Below are positions 10,157 to 20,251 of a DNA stretch of 64,000 nucleotides, piece by piece. The stretch's first letter is position 1. Every line of letters begins with the position of its first letter. A program made the translations under genes and the position numbers. The notes under the pieces are model-generated. The model was not told the origin of the DNA. It searched no databases and worked only from the letters and a program-made list of their open reading frames with translations. The stretch is taken from assembly GCA_005893225.1 (NCBI GenBank), contig VBOT01000053.1:3462-67461 (forward strand), written 5' to 3'. Source of the stretch: Candidatus Eiseniibacteriota bacterium. GTDB taxonomy: Bacteria; Eisenbacteria; RBG-16-71-46.

Positions 10157-11572
10157 GTGATGCCCGACCGGAGACGGGAATCGAGGGGGGCGAGCGGCGG
10201 AACCGCCGTGGCGCCGAGGGCCCTGGCACTCGAGGGAGCCGAGACCCACCTCAAGCGCCAGATCGGCCTCTACGCCGCGACCGCGATCACGGTCGGCAAC
10301 ATCATCGGCTCGGGGATCTTCCGCTCGCCGCACTCCGTGGCGCAGCACATCAGCGCCTTTCCGCTCGTCATCCTGGCGTGGGTGATCGGCGGCGTGCTGT
10401 CGCTGTGCGGCTCGCTCGCCCTGGCCGAGCTGGCGGTCACCCACCCGCGCACCGGCGGGCTCTACGTGTTCATCCGCGAGGGCTTCGGCGACGCCCGGGC
10501 GTTCGTGTTCGGCTGGTCCAACCTGTGGGTCATCAAGCCGACCGTCATCGCCTCGATCACCACCGTGTTCGCGCTCTACTTCTGCCAGGTCCTCCACTGG
10601 CCCAAGGCCGCCGAGTTCCCGGTGGGCGCGGCGGCGATCCTGCTCCTCACCTTCGTCAACTGGCTCGGCGTGCGGCAGGGCGCCGGGACGCAGTCGCTGT
10701 TCACCACCGCCAAGGTGATCGGCATCCTCGCGCTGTGCATCGCGGCGTTCACGGTGCCGGCCACCTATCGAGCGAGCGCGATGGGCGCGGCTCCGGCGCT
10801 GGAGACGCGCTCGTTCCTCTCGGCCCTGGCGCTGGCCATGATCTCGATCCTCTTCGCCTACGATGGCTGGACCGATTCCACCTACGTCGCGGGCGAGATC
10901 GTCGAACCGAAGCGCACCTTGCCGATCGCGATCGTGTGGGGCACCTGGCTCGTGATCGCGGTCTACGTGCTCACCAACGTCGCCTACTTCCACGTGCTCG
11001 GCGCCGAGGGCGTGGCGCGCTACGAGGCGGTGGGCTCGGAGACCATCCACCGCCTGCTCGGCGACTGGGGGGCGCGGGCGCTCGCCGTCCTGGTGGCGGT
11101 CTCGACCTTCGGCACCATCAACGGCGCCGTCTTGACCGGACCGCGCGTGACCCAGGCCATGGCGGCGGACGGCTTGCTGTGGAAGCCGCTCGCGCGACTC
11201 GACCCGGCCCGCGGGACGCCGGCGATGGCGCTGTGGGTGCAAGGCGTGCTCTCGTGCGTGTGGCTGTGGTGCGCGAGCGGGTTCGAGGACGTCTCGGGCT
11301 GGTTCGTGACCACGTCCTGGCTGTTCTACGCGCTCACCACCGCGTCGCTCTTCGTCCAGCGCCGGCGCGAGGCGCGCGGCGAGATCGCGCAGCCGTCCTA
11401 CCGGACGCCGCTCTATCCGTGGACGCCGATCCTGTTCGTGCTCGCCACCGCCCTGATCATCGCCAGCGACCTGCACGACAGCGGCTGGAAGGCCTGGGCG
11501 GGGGTGGGGATCGCTGCACTCGGCTTCCCTGTCTACTACCTGTGGAAGGGGCGGGGCCCGCGAACGGCCTGA
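10157..11572 (+). CDS. APC-family amino acid permease
   Basis: GNIIGSGIF, GGLYVF and FAYDGW motifs; about 12 hydrophobic segments. Confidence 0.9.
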   Translation: MMPDRRRESRGASGGTAVAPRALALEGAETHLKRQIGLYAATAITVGNIIGSGIFRSPHSVAQHISAFPLVILAWVIGGVLSLCGSLALAELAVTHPRTGGLYVFIREGFGDARAFVFGWSNLWVIKPTVIASITTVFALYFCQVLHWPKAAEFPVGAAAILLLTFVNWLGVRQGAGTQSLFTTAKVIGILALCIAAFTVPATYRASAMGAAPALETRSFLSALALAMISILFAYDGWTDSTYVAGEIVEPKRTLPIAIVWGTWLVIAVYVLTNVAYFHVLGAEGVARYEAVGSETIHRLLGDWGARALAVLVAVSTFGTINGAVLTGPRVTQAMAADGLLWKPLARLDPARGTPAMALWVQGVLSCVWLWCASGFEDVSGWFVTTSWLFYALTTASLFVQRRREARGEIAQPSYRTPLYPWTPILFVLATALIIASDLHDSGWKAWAGVGIAALGFPVYYLWKGRGPRTA

Positions 11573-11583
11573 GCGAGCGTGTC

Positions 11584-12357
11584 ATGGGATCCGAAACCAT
11601 CAGCGATTACATCGAGCCCGAGCTCTACGACGCCATCTACTCGTGGTACCGGGAGGATCCCGCCTTCTACCTGGAGACCGCGCGCGCGGCCGGCGGCCCG
11701 GTGCTGGAGGTGGGCTGCGGCACCGGAAGGCTCCTGATCCCCACGCTCGAGGCGGGCGCGGAAATCGACGGGATCGACCTGAGCCCCGGCATGCTCGAGG
11801 TGCTGCGACGGAAGGCGGCCGCGCGGGGGCTCCAGGCCAGGGTGGCGGTCGGGGACATGCGCGACTTCACCATGCCGCGGCGCTACGCGCTGATCACGAT
11901 CCCGTTCCGGACCTTCCTGCACAACCTCACCGCCGAGGACCAGATCGCGACCCTGCGGTGCTGCCGGGAGCACCTCGAGCCGGGCGGGGCGCTGGTGCTC
12001 AACCTGTTCCACCTGGATTTCGCGCGGGTGATCGCCCGCGAGAAGGAGGAGCGAACCCTGGAGCGCGAGCTGGTCCATCCCGAGAGCGGGCTCCCGATGA
12101 AGATCTTCTCGCGCCACCGCTACGACCGCGTGAACCAGATCCTGGATGCCGACAAGGAGATCCAGGTCCTCGACGAGCACGGCGCGGTCGCCTCGACCCA
12201 TGCTCACCGCTTCCGCCTGCGCTGGATCTACAAGGCGGAGATGGAGCTGCTGCTGCGGCTCGCGGGCTTCAACCGCTGGCAGGTGTGGGGCGGATTCGAC
12301 CGGCGCCCGCTCGCCAGGGACACCGACGAGATGGTGTGGACGGCATGGAAGGATTGA
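11584..12357 (+). CDS. Class I SAM-dependent methyltransferase
   Basis: VLEVGCGTGR, GIDLSPGML and GDMRDF motifs. Confidence 0.9.
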   Translation: MGSETISDYIEPELYDAIYSWYREDPAFYLETARAAGGPVLEVGCGTGRLLIPTLEAGAEIDGIDLSPGMLEVLRRKAAARGLQARVAVGDMRDFTMPRRYALITIPFRTFLHNLTAEDQIATLRCCREHLEPGGALVLNLFHLDFARVIAREKEERTLERELVHPESGLPMKIFSRHRYDRVNQILDADKEIQVLDEHGAVASTHAHRFRLRWIYKAEMELLLRLAGFNRWQVWGGFDRRPLARDTDEMVWTAWKD

Positions 12358-12914
12358 GCGCAGGAGAGCTTCGCAGCCCCGCGGCGCCCCTCCCCTCGCC
12401 CTACGACGACGGCGCGCTGCGCGACTTCTCGCTGCCGCGCCGCTACACGCTGGTCACGATCCCATTCAACGCCTTCCTCCACAACCTCACGACCGAGGAC
12501 CAGCTCGCCACGCTCTGCCGCTGTCGCGACCACCTGGCCCCGGGAGGGGCCCTGGTGGTGCATGCTTCGCTCTTCACCAGCCCGGAGATCCTTTCCTCGA
12601 CGAACACTCCGATTCTCGAGCTCGAGACCGTCGATCCCGGGACCGGGCACACGCTCCAGCACTACGACACCCGCTCGATCGACCCGGTGAACCAGATCCA
12701 GCACTCGACCAACGAGGTCCGCGAGCTCGACCGTGATGGGCCCCTGGTGTCGTCGCGCCGGACCGAGACCGCGGTGCGCTGGGTCAACCGGGCCGAGTTC
12801 GAGCTGCTGCTGCGGGTTGCGGGGTTCACCCGCTGGGAGCTCTACGGCGGCTTCCGGCGCGAGCCGCTCGACGTCGAGCACCAGCAGATGGTGGCCTTCG
12901 CGTGGAAGGATTAA
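12354..12914 (+). pseudogene. Paralogous methyltransferase lacking the SAM-binding region (in-frame internal deletion)
   Basis: TTG start overlaps the upstream stop. PSPYDDGAL is joined directly to RDFSLPRRY..FLHNLT, with no GxGxG. It ends in AWKD like the upstream paralog. Confidence 0.7.
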
Positions 12915-12966
12915 GGGTGGCGATCCGCCTGCGCCGCTTGCGCGCACCGGACGAGGAGGTCCGCTC

Positions 12967-13935
12967 GTGACCGGCTCGTTCCCGCGCGCCTCGTCCGGAG
13001 CCCAGCCGGACCGCGGGCTCGCCGGCGCGCGCGGCGCGGGAGGGGCGCGGCAGTTCCTCGACCCGGCCGTGGTGGCGCGCCTCGCGCACCTCGACGTGCG
13101 GGCCCGCCTGGTGGTGGAGGGCTTCATCGCGGGGATGCATCGCAGCCCGTTCCACGGCTTCAGCATCGAGTTCGCGGAGCACCGCCCCTACATGCCCGGC
13201 GACCCGCTCAAGAACCTGGACTGGAAGGTGTGGGCGCGGAGCGATCGCTACCTGGTGAAGCAGTACACCGAGGAGACCAACCTGCGCTGCCACCTGCTGC
13301 TCGACCTCTCGGGCTCGATGGGCTTCCGGTCCGAGCGGGCCTCGATGAGCAAGCTCGAGTACGCGCAGTCGCTGGCGGCGGCGCTCGCCTACCTGATGCT
13401 CCACCAGCAGGACGCGGTGGGCACGCTCCTGTTCGCCGACCGGCCGCTGGCCTACGTCCCGGCGCGCGCGGTCCGCTCGCACCTGGACGTCCTGCTCAAG
13501 ACGCTCGGCACGCTCGTGCCGCAGGGACGCACGCGCCTCGGCCCCGCGCTCCACGAGCTGGCCGAGCGCATCAAGCGGCGCGGGCTCATCATCCTGTGCT
13601 CCGACCTCATGGACCTGCCCGCCGAGGTGCTCTCGGGGCTCCAGCACTTCCGCCACCGGCACCACGAGGTGATCGTGTTCCACATCCTCGACCCGGACGA
13701 GACCGACTTCCCCTACACCGACACCGCGACTTTCGTGGACATGGAGAGCGGCGAGCGGCTCACCACCGAGCCCTGGGAGATCGCGCGGCGCTACCGCGAG
13801 CGGCTCGCGGCCTGGAGCGAGCAGTACCAGCGCAACTGCCGCGAGCGGCGCATCGACTACGTGCGGCTCGACACGCGCACGCCGTTCGACCGGGCCCTGC
13901 TCGCCTATCTCGAGAAGCGCGCGAGGCTCCTGTGA
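12967..13935 (+). CDS. DUF58 (vWA-like) protein, MoxR-associated
   Basis: G.HRSPFHGFSIEFAEHRPYMPGD, DWKVWAR and DLSGSM motifs; RBS GAGGAGG. Confidence 0.93.
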   Translation: MTGSFPRASSGAQPDRGLAGARGAGGARQFLDPAVVARLAHLDVRARLVVEGFIAGMHRSPFHGFSIEFAEHRPYMPGDPLKNLDWKVWARSDRYLVKQYTEETNLRCHLLLDLSGSMGFRSERASMSKLEYAQSLAAALAYLMLHQQDAVGTLLFADRPLAYVPARAVRSHLDVLLKTLGTLVPQGRTRLGPALHELAERIKRRGLIILCSDLMDLPAEVLSGLQHFRHRHHEVIVFHILDPDETDFPYTDTATFVDMESGERLTTEPWEIARRYRERLAAWSEQYQRNCRERRIDYVRLDTRTPFDRALLAYLEKRARLL

Positions 13936-14555
13936 CGCTGCGGATCGCCGCGGCGGCAGCCTTGATCCTGGGCCTGACGACGCTGCTGCTCTATCTCCAC
14001 GGGATCGGCAAGGGGCCGTGGGCCGACCCGGCCGCGCGCAACCTGCGCCGGATGAAGGAACGCGCCTGGCCCCCGGCCGCCACCGAGCCCTTCACCATCG
14101 CCGCCATGACGGCGCTGCCGCGGTGGGCGGGGCTGTCCGTGTACGCCCCCATCGAGCGGCGCGGCGTGGCGGTCGAGGGCTACGTCCAGCGCATGGTGCG
14201 CGCCGGGGACGACGACATCCACCTGGACTTCGCCCCCGAGACCCGGGGGTCCGAAGGCCCGCTCGTCCCTTTCCTCTCCGCCGAGATCACACCGGCATGG
14301 CACCGTGGCTCGACGGCCTGGCGCTACCCGCGCCTCGTCGAGGCGCTGCGGCCGATCTTCGGCGGCGTCACGCAGTGGGACCAGCCGCCGCGCCGCGTGC
14401 GCCTGAGCGGCTGGCTGATGTACGACTATCCGTTCGAGGGAAGCCCCCCGAAGGGCGGGTTCCCCAGGCACGTCTCGTTCTGGGAGATCCACCCGGTCAC
14501 GGGAGTGGAGCTCTGGGATGACTCGCTCGCCAGGTTCGTGGAGTACCCGCGTTGA
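13932..14555 (+). CDS. Membrane-anchored hypothetical protein (possible OB-fold)
   Basis: GTG is coupled to the DUF58 stop; N-terminal TM segment; DDDIHL, AEIT, VRLSGWLMYD and WEIHPV motifs. Confidence 0.7.
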   Translation: MTLRIAAAAALILGLTTLLLYLHGIGKGPWADPAARNLRRMKERAWPPAATEPFTIAAMTALPRWAGLSVYAPIERRGVAVEGYVQRMVRAGDDDIHLDFAPETRGSEGPLVPFLSAEITPAWHRGSTAWRYPRLVEALRPIFGGVTQWDQPPRRVRLSGWLMYDYPFEGSPPKGGFPRHVSFWEIHPVTGVELWDDSLARFVEYPR

Positions 14556-16666
14556 GCTTTCTCAACCCGCTGTTCCTCTTCGGGCTCCTCGCGGCCGCGA
14601 TCCCGGTCATCATCCATCTCTTCACCCGCCGCCGGCCGCGCGAGGTGCCCTTCCCCTCGCTCGAGTTCCTCTCGGAGGTGAACCAGAGCGAGATCCGCCG
14701 GCTCAGGCTCAAGCAATGGCTGTTGCTGCTGCTGCGCACGCTGGCGATCGTGGCGATCGCGCTGGCGATCGCGCGCCCGGCGGTGAGAGGCAGCGTGGGG
14801 CCGAGGAGCGGAGCGGCGACCACCGTGGTGGTGCTGGTCGACCAGAGCGGAAGCATGGGGGCGGCGGCGGTGGGAAGCACCGGGGGCCCAGCGAGCGCCG
14901 GCCCGGCGAGCGCGAGTGGGACCCTGCTCGGCGAGGCGAAGCGCGCGATCGAGGACGTGCTCTCCACCCTCGGCCCCGCGGACGAGCTCCTGCTCGTCCC
15001 CTACGATCGGGCGCCGCACCCGGCCACGCCGCGGCCGAGCTCGGACCTGGGCCGCCTGCGGGCTGCGGTCCAGGGCCTCGCCCCCACGGCCTACACCACC
15101 GATCATCGCCAGGCGCTCGAGTTCGCCGCCAGCGCGCTGGCCCATTCGAACGCGCTGAACCGCGAGCTGTTCTGGGTCTCCGATTTCCAGGCCGCGGGGT
15201 TCGCGGGCCCCGGAGACGCCGGGCCTTCCGCCGCGATCGTCGCGCCGGCCGGGCCGTGGCAGCAGTCGCGGGCCTACCTGATCCCGATCGCCCCGCGCAG
15301 TCCCGCCAACGTGGGGCTCTCCGACGCCGCGCTCTCGCCGGCCGAGACCGAGATCGGGCTCTCGGTGACGGCCTCGAGCTACGGCGCGCGTCCCGGGGAC
15401 CTGGCGGTCGAGGTGCGCGACCTCGAGGGCCAGGCCGAGCTGGGGCGCGGATTCCTGAACCTGCCCGAGCGCGGCGAAGCCACGACGCTGCTGCCGCTCG
15501 CGCGCCTCCCCAGGGAGGGCGGCGCGGTGGTGGTTCCCGACGATGCGCTCGGGCTCGACAACCGCCGCGTGTTCGCGGCCGGGCGCGCCGGGACACTCAA
15601 GGTGCTGGTGCGCGAGGACGGGCCGCCCTCCGCGCTGCGGTTGGCGCTCGAGGCCGGCTCCCCGGCCTCCGGGATCGCGGTCGAGACGGTCGGCGGGGCC
15701 GAGCTGGCCCAGGCCGCGCGCGACGCCGATGCCGTCGTGCTCAACGATCTCGAGCGCCTCGGAGCGGCCGAGCTCCAGGCCGTGCTCGACTTCTATCGCG
15801 GCGGTGGCGGCGTGCTCGTGGTGCTCGGGGACCGCGCCGATCCCGGGTTCTGGAACTCCGCCGTGCTCGGCGAGCTCGGCGCCGGACGGCTTGGAGGGCT
15901 GGACCAGGCGCCCACCGGGAGCGCGTGGCGCCTGATGCGCGCCACCGCCGGACACCCGGTGCTGACGGGATTCCCGGCCCGGCCCGGCGAGCCGCTCTCG
16001 ACCGCGCGCTTCACGGCGATCCGCGCCTTCGCGCCGGCTCCCGGCACCCGCACCTTGCTCGAGTTCGACCGCGCCCACCCGGCGCTCCTTGAAGCGCCGC
16101 GCGCATTGATCTTCGCGGCCTCCCTCGAGCCGAGCCGCTCGGACTTCCCGGTGAGCGGCGCCTACCTGCCGCTGCTCCATCAGGCGGTCAAGGTGCTCGG
16201 CCGCGGCACCGCCGCCTCGTCGCTCGTTCCCGGCGACCGCTACAGCTTCCCGGCCGGGACCGGAGCCTGGCGCATCGAGGACGAGCAGGGCCGCGAGATC
16301 CCCTCCGAGCTCGCGGCCGAGCGCGGCGCCACGCGGCTGCGCTCGGATCCGCTCGAGCACCCCGGCCTCTACCGCGTGATGCAGGGCGGCACGATGCGCA
16401 GCACCTTCGCCGTCAACCCGGATCCGCGAGAGTCCGACCTCACCCCGGTTCCCGAGCGCGCGATGGTCAGGGCGTTCCCTCCGGGCCGGGCCCAGGTGGT
16501 GCGCCCGGGCGAGAACCTGGCGCGGCGGGTGCGCGAGGCGCGCTACGGCCGCGAGCTATGGAGTTGGTTCATCGTGATGGCCCTGGTGCTGCTCGCGGCC
16601 GAGACCGTGATCGGGCGGTGGGGGCTCGGCAGTCGCGTGCCCGAAGCGGTGGGGGCGGGTGCGTAG
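14552..16666 (+). CDS. BatA-domain + vWA membrane protein
   Basis: MSFLNPLFL...PVIIHL..RR BatA N-terminus, DQSGSM MIDAS, FAVN..PRESDL, C-terminal TM segment. Confidence 0.9.
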   Translation: MSFLNPLFLFGLLAAAIPVIIHLFTRRRPREVPFPSLEFLSEVNQSEIRRLRLKQWLLLLLRTLAIVAIALAIARPAVRGSVGPRSGAATTVVVLVDQSGSMGAAAVGSTGGPASAGPASASGTLLGEAKRAIEDVLSTLGPADELLLVPYDRAPHPATPRPSSDLGRLRAAVQGLAPTAYTTDHRQALEFAASALAHSNALNRELFWVSDFQAAGFAGPGDAGPSAAIVAPAGPWQQSRAYLIPIAPRSPANVGLSDAALSPAETEIGLSVTASSYGARPGDLAVEVRDLEGQAELGRGFLNLPERGEATTLLPLARLPREGGAVVVPDDALGLDNRRVFAAGRAGTLKVLVREDGPPSALRLALEAGSPASGIAVETVGGAELAQAARDADAVVLNDLERLGAAELQAVLDFYRGGGGVLVVLGDRADPGFWNSAVLGELGAGRLGGLDQAPTGSAWRLMRATAGHPVLTGFPARPGEPLSTARFTAIRAFAPAPGTRTLLEFDRAHPALLEAPRALIFAASLEPSRSDFPVSGAYLPLLHQAVKVLGRGTAASSLVPGDRYSFPAGTGAWRIEDEQGREIPSELAAERGATRLRSDPLEHPGLYRVMQGGTMRSTFAVNPDPRESDLTPVPERAMVRAFPPGRAQVVRPGENLARRVREARYGRELWSWFIVMALVLLAAETVIGRWGLGSRVPEAVGAGA

Positions 16667-16711
16667 GCGTCCCATGACGCCTCTCCCTTCTTCGCGTGGC
16701 TGACCGAGATC

Positions 16712-17533
16712 ATGAACCACCACTTTGCGGAGCTGGGCGACGTGTGGAAGCACTTGCCGCTTGCCGAGGTCCTGCGCGTGAATCCGCCGCGTCTGTACTG
16801 GGAGACGCACGCTGGCTCGGCGTCATACCTCCTGACGGAGAGCCCGTCGCGACTGCACGGGGCTCTTCGATTCTTGGCGCTCGCTCCGGACGATCCAGCT
16901 CTCGAGGGCTGCGCGTACCTCAAGGCGCTCATGGACGTGCCGGGGTTGTATCCAGGTTCTGCGACGCTTGCGATGCGAGCTCTCGGAACGAGCGCGACGT
17001 ACGTCCTTTGCGACGTCGATCCTGAGAGCGCGGCTACCCTGCGAGCTGCTGGCGCAGGTCTCGACGTGCGCGTTGTCGACACCGACGGCGTCTCGGCGAT
17101 CGAACGTGAGGCGCACCTTGCTCGCGTGAATGCTCGAGACGTCCTGGTTCATGTCGATCCGTTTGATCCGTTCGAGCGCGTCACGCCTGACAGTAAGACG
17201 CCAGTGGAGCTGGCGGGGTGGCTTGCTGACGCAGGCTACCGGCTCATGTATTGGTATGGCTACGACTCTGTGGAGCGGCGCGGGTGGGCGCGCGACGTGA
17301 TCGCCAGGCTTGCCCCGCATGCCGAACTTTGGTGCGGGGATGCACTGATCCCGGCTTCGTTGGTCTACCCGGAGAGGTCGGGCGCTTGGGGTTGTGGGGT
17401 GGTGCTGGCGAATGCCACGGCGGAGGAGGTGCGCGCCTGCGAGCGGCTGGGGCGCGGGCTCGAGCGGGTGAGCGAGACGGACGTTGTCGAGGGCAACGAT
17501 CCTTCGCGGCTTTCGTTCGCCGTGATGGCGTGA
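16712..17533 (+). CDS. RlmJ-like adenine-N6 methyltransferase
   Basis: HFAELGDVWKH, YWETHAGSASY, YPGS and HVDPF resemble the RlmJ motifs HAGNHADVLKH, DTHAG, YPGSP and DPPY; codon usage is more T-rich. Confidence 0.65.
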   Translation: MNHHFAELGDVWKHLPLAEVLRVNPPRLYWETHAGSASYLLTESPSRLHGALRFLALAPDDPALEGCAYLKALMDVPGLYPGSATLAMRALGTSATYVLCDVDPESAATLRAAGAGLDVRVVDTDGVSAIEREAHLARVNARDVLVHVDPFDPFERVTPDSKTPVELAGWLADAGYRLMYWYGYDSVERRGWARDVIARLAPHAELWCGDALIPASLVYPERSGAWGCGVVLANATAEEVRACERLGRGLERVSETDVVEGNDPSRLSFAVMA

Positions 17534-17586
17534 AGTTGCAGCCGACGCCTCACTCAGTCGATCACGACCGCCGCAGCCACCACTAA

Positions 17587-19201
17587 CCTCAGTTGAGCAG
17601 AAAATCGAAGCGCATCGAACTTCGTGATTGAAAAAAGGCCTCTCGTTGTGGTTTGAAAGGGCTGTTGCGAGCAGTTCCTCTCACCCCAACGAAAGGCCAT
17701 GAACGATGAGGCGAACAGCGATGTATCAAGCAGAATGAGCCGCTCAGGAACCGAGGGGGCGCGCCTCTCCGAGTCGGTCGACGGATCGAGGCGATCGAGG
17801 ACGTTAGAAGGCGGCGAGCAACGCCTGCACGCGGCAGAAGGCCGCGACGGCATCGGGCCCGCGTGCCAGCGCCAGGATCCAGCGCGGTCCGATGTTGAAC
17901 CAATGGAGCCGGAGCTTCTTGAGCTGATCGGCGTGCCATTCCACCCCCAACAACAGGAGCTTGAAGGCTTGCGCCAGGTTGTAGGCGATGCCCGCGATCA
18001 GGAGCCACGCCCAGTTGGCGAGGAAGCGCTGCGAGGGCAGATGGGCGGCGCCCAGTCCGTTTTTGAACTCCTCGAGGTAGTTCTCCATCCCGCCGCGGGT
18101 CAGGTGGTAGCGGATCAGGCTACTGCCCGCTCCGACGAGGTTGGTGATGACGGCGGTATAGAAGTACTCGCCGATGACGCGCTGCTCCTTCTCGTACCAC
18201 GGCGTGCGCTTGACCAGCAGCCGGTGCTCGCGCGACCAGCCGTTGGGCTGATAGCGGAACTCGGTCCACTCGGCTTCGTTCTCCCACGGATAGGCGGACC
18301 AGACGCTCTCGGGAAGCGCGTCAATCGCGGGCCGCAGACGTTCGGTCAGCTTGGCGCTGATGCTAAAGCCGAGCCCGCGGGTGACGCACAGCTGCTCCAC
18401 CTGGCGGTGCATAGAAGCCGGCGTCCATCCGGAGGCGCACCCGTCGCTCGGCCGGAGCCGCCTTGAGTACTTGCCGTAGGAACGGCACCGCGCCGTCGCT
18501 CGAGGTGCGCTGGCCGGCGCGCAGTCGCGCTCCCAGCAGCACCCGCTCCTCATAGGCGAAGGCCAGGAACGGATGGTAACCCCGCACCTTGCGATAGCTG
18601 TAGCGCGCTCCCTCTTTGAGGTAGCCGTGGACCTCGAAGATCGAGCTGTCGGCGTCCACGGTGAGGGGGCTCGAGCCGCCGACGCGCGCGAGGATCGTGC
18701 CGGCCGCGCGCCGCTGAATGCGCTCGAGCTGGTAGATGTGACCGAGCGAGAAGGTACGCAGGCGCTCGCCCGCGGTGGTGGGAGCCGGGACCTCGAGGCC
18801 GTAGCACAGCTCGCGCGTCACGGTTTCATCGCGCAGCACCTGCAGGTCGCTCAAGCTGTCGCCCCCGACCAGGAAGTTCGACGCCAATCCCAGCACGAAG
18901 TCCTCGATCGGAATGCCGCGCCGGCGCTTCTTGACGGTGAGGGTGCGGAGGTCCTGGGTCAAGCCGAGCTTGTGAGCGAGATCGAATACGAATCGCAAGC
19001 CGGCGAACGAGGTGGTGTGGTGTGCAGCAGATTGGAAGTTGACGCGGCGGAGACGGCGTGGAATCTTCACCTGACGAGTGCTCCTTCCTTGGAACGGGAA
19101 ACGTCCTTGAACAACGCTTCCTTACCATGGCTGGAGCACTTTTTCTATGCTTCGTTCACGCTGCGGACCGATCCGATCCCGGTCTTACCCGTGGATCTGG
19201 G
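17587..19201 (-). mobile_element. IS1380-family insertion sequence (about 1.6 kb)
   Basis: Contains a DDE transposase; CC-starting ends flanked by CTAA at 17583-17586 and 19202-19205 (candidate target duplication); terminal IRs are poorly matched. Confidence 0.6.
17804..19070 (-). pseudogene. IS1380-family DDE transposase, frameshifted near 18410
   Basis: TSFAGL, TVDADS, GYHP, LRAG and RMDAGFY are in one frame; RGGMENYLEEFKNG and FLANWAWL...AYNL are in another. Confidence 0.85.
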
Positions 19202-19203
19202 CT

Positions 19204-19230
19204 AAATCTGAGCGACTGCCGCTCAGATTT
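19204..19230. terminator. 11-bp hairpin downstream of the OmpA-family gene, next to the IS end
   Basis: aaatctgagcg-actgc-cgctcagattt. Confidence 0.45.
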
Positions 19231-19327
19231 CAAGGTCGCGGCTCGCCGGGGAATTCCCCTCTTTGGAGAGGCTGCCCCGAGGCAGGCGAGAGCGGCGCCG
19301 GCGGCCGGGGCCAGCGCCGCCATGCCG

Positions 19328-20122
19328 CTACTTCTTGTTCTCCTTCTCCACTTTGACGCCCTTCGGCAGCGCCTCCGGATTCAGCACCTTGAGCACCACG
19401 CGCCGGTTCCGCAGCATCTCTTCCTCGTTCCGCTCCTCGGTCTCGGGGCGCATCTCGCCGTAGCCGCGCGCGATGTAGTTCTCGGGCTTGAGCTTGAAGT
19501 ACTGGAGCAGGAACGATCGCACCGCCTCGGCGCGCGTCTCGCTCAGCCGCTTGTTGTAGCGCGCCCAGCCGCGAGTGTCGGTGTGTCCCTGGACCTCGAT
19601 CCTGAGCTCGGGGTAGCGCTCCAGCGTCTCTCCGGCCTCGCGCAGCGCGGCCTCGGACTCGGGGAGCAGCCGCGAGCTCGCGGTCTCGAAGTAGATATTC
19701 TCGAGCCGGATGCTGCCGGTCTCGACGAGCTGCCGCTCCATCTCACTCCGCGGCCTGGCCGGCTCGGGGGCCGGTGGCGGCGCGGGCGTCGGCGGTGTCT
19801 GTGGTGTCGGGACGCGGTGGGCGCCGCCCGGGCAGCCGTGGCTGTCGACCACGGTGTGGGGCGGGGTGTCGGGGCACTGGTCGAGCCCGTCGCACACGCC
19901 GTCATGGTCGGAGTCGGTCTCGCAGCCGTACTGGTCCACCACGCAGCCCTTGGGCGTGTTCACGCAATGGTCGATGCGATCGAAGACACCGTCACCGTCC
20001 ATGTCGACCGCCGGGTAGCGGAAGCATGGGGCCTTCGGATCCACGTGCGGGCCGGTCAGCGCTCGAGCCTGGGCCGTCATCAGCGCCAGCGCCGCGAGGC
20101 CCGCCATCACGAGCCGTTTCAT
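19328..20122 (-). CDS. OmpA-family peptidoglycan-binding protein with TSP3-like Ca-binding repeats
   Basis: Signal peptide; DxDGDGVxDxxDxC repeats; IYFET, GHTD, LSETRAEAV, GYGE and NRRV motifs. Confidence 0.92.
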   Translation of the reverse strand: MKRLVMAGLAALALMTAQARALTGPHVDPKAPCFRYPAVDMDGDGVFDRIDHCVNTPKGCVVDQYGCETDSDHDGVCDGLDQCPDTPPHTVVDSHGCPGGAHRVPTPQTPPTPAPPPAPEPARPRSEMERQLVETGSIRLENIYFETASSRLLPESEAALREAGETLERYPELRIEVQGHTDTRGWARYNKRLSETRAEAVRSFLLQYFKLKPENYIARGYGEMRPETEERNEEEMLRNRRVVLKVLNPEALPKGVKVEKENKK

Positions 20123-20251
20123 CGGTCCTCCATGGGTCTGGGACCTGTCGAGGCCGCGAGCCGCGCGGCCCGCTTGCCTGGGGGTCGTAACCCTTCACCT
20201 TTACATATACATGAATGGGCAGGCCGGCGCACATGGTAGGCTCGTGGCACC

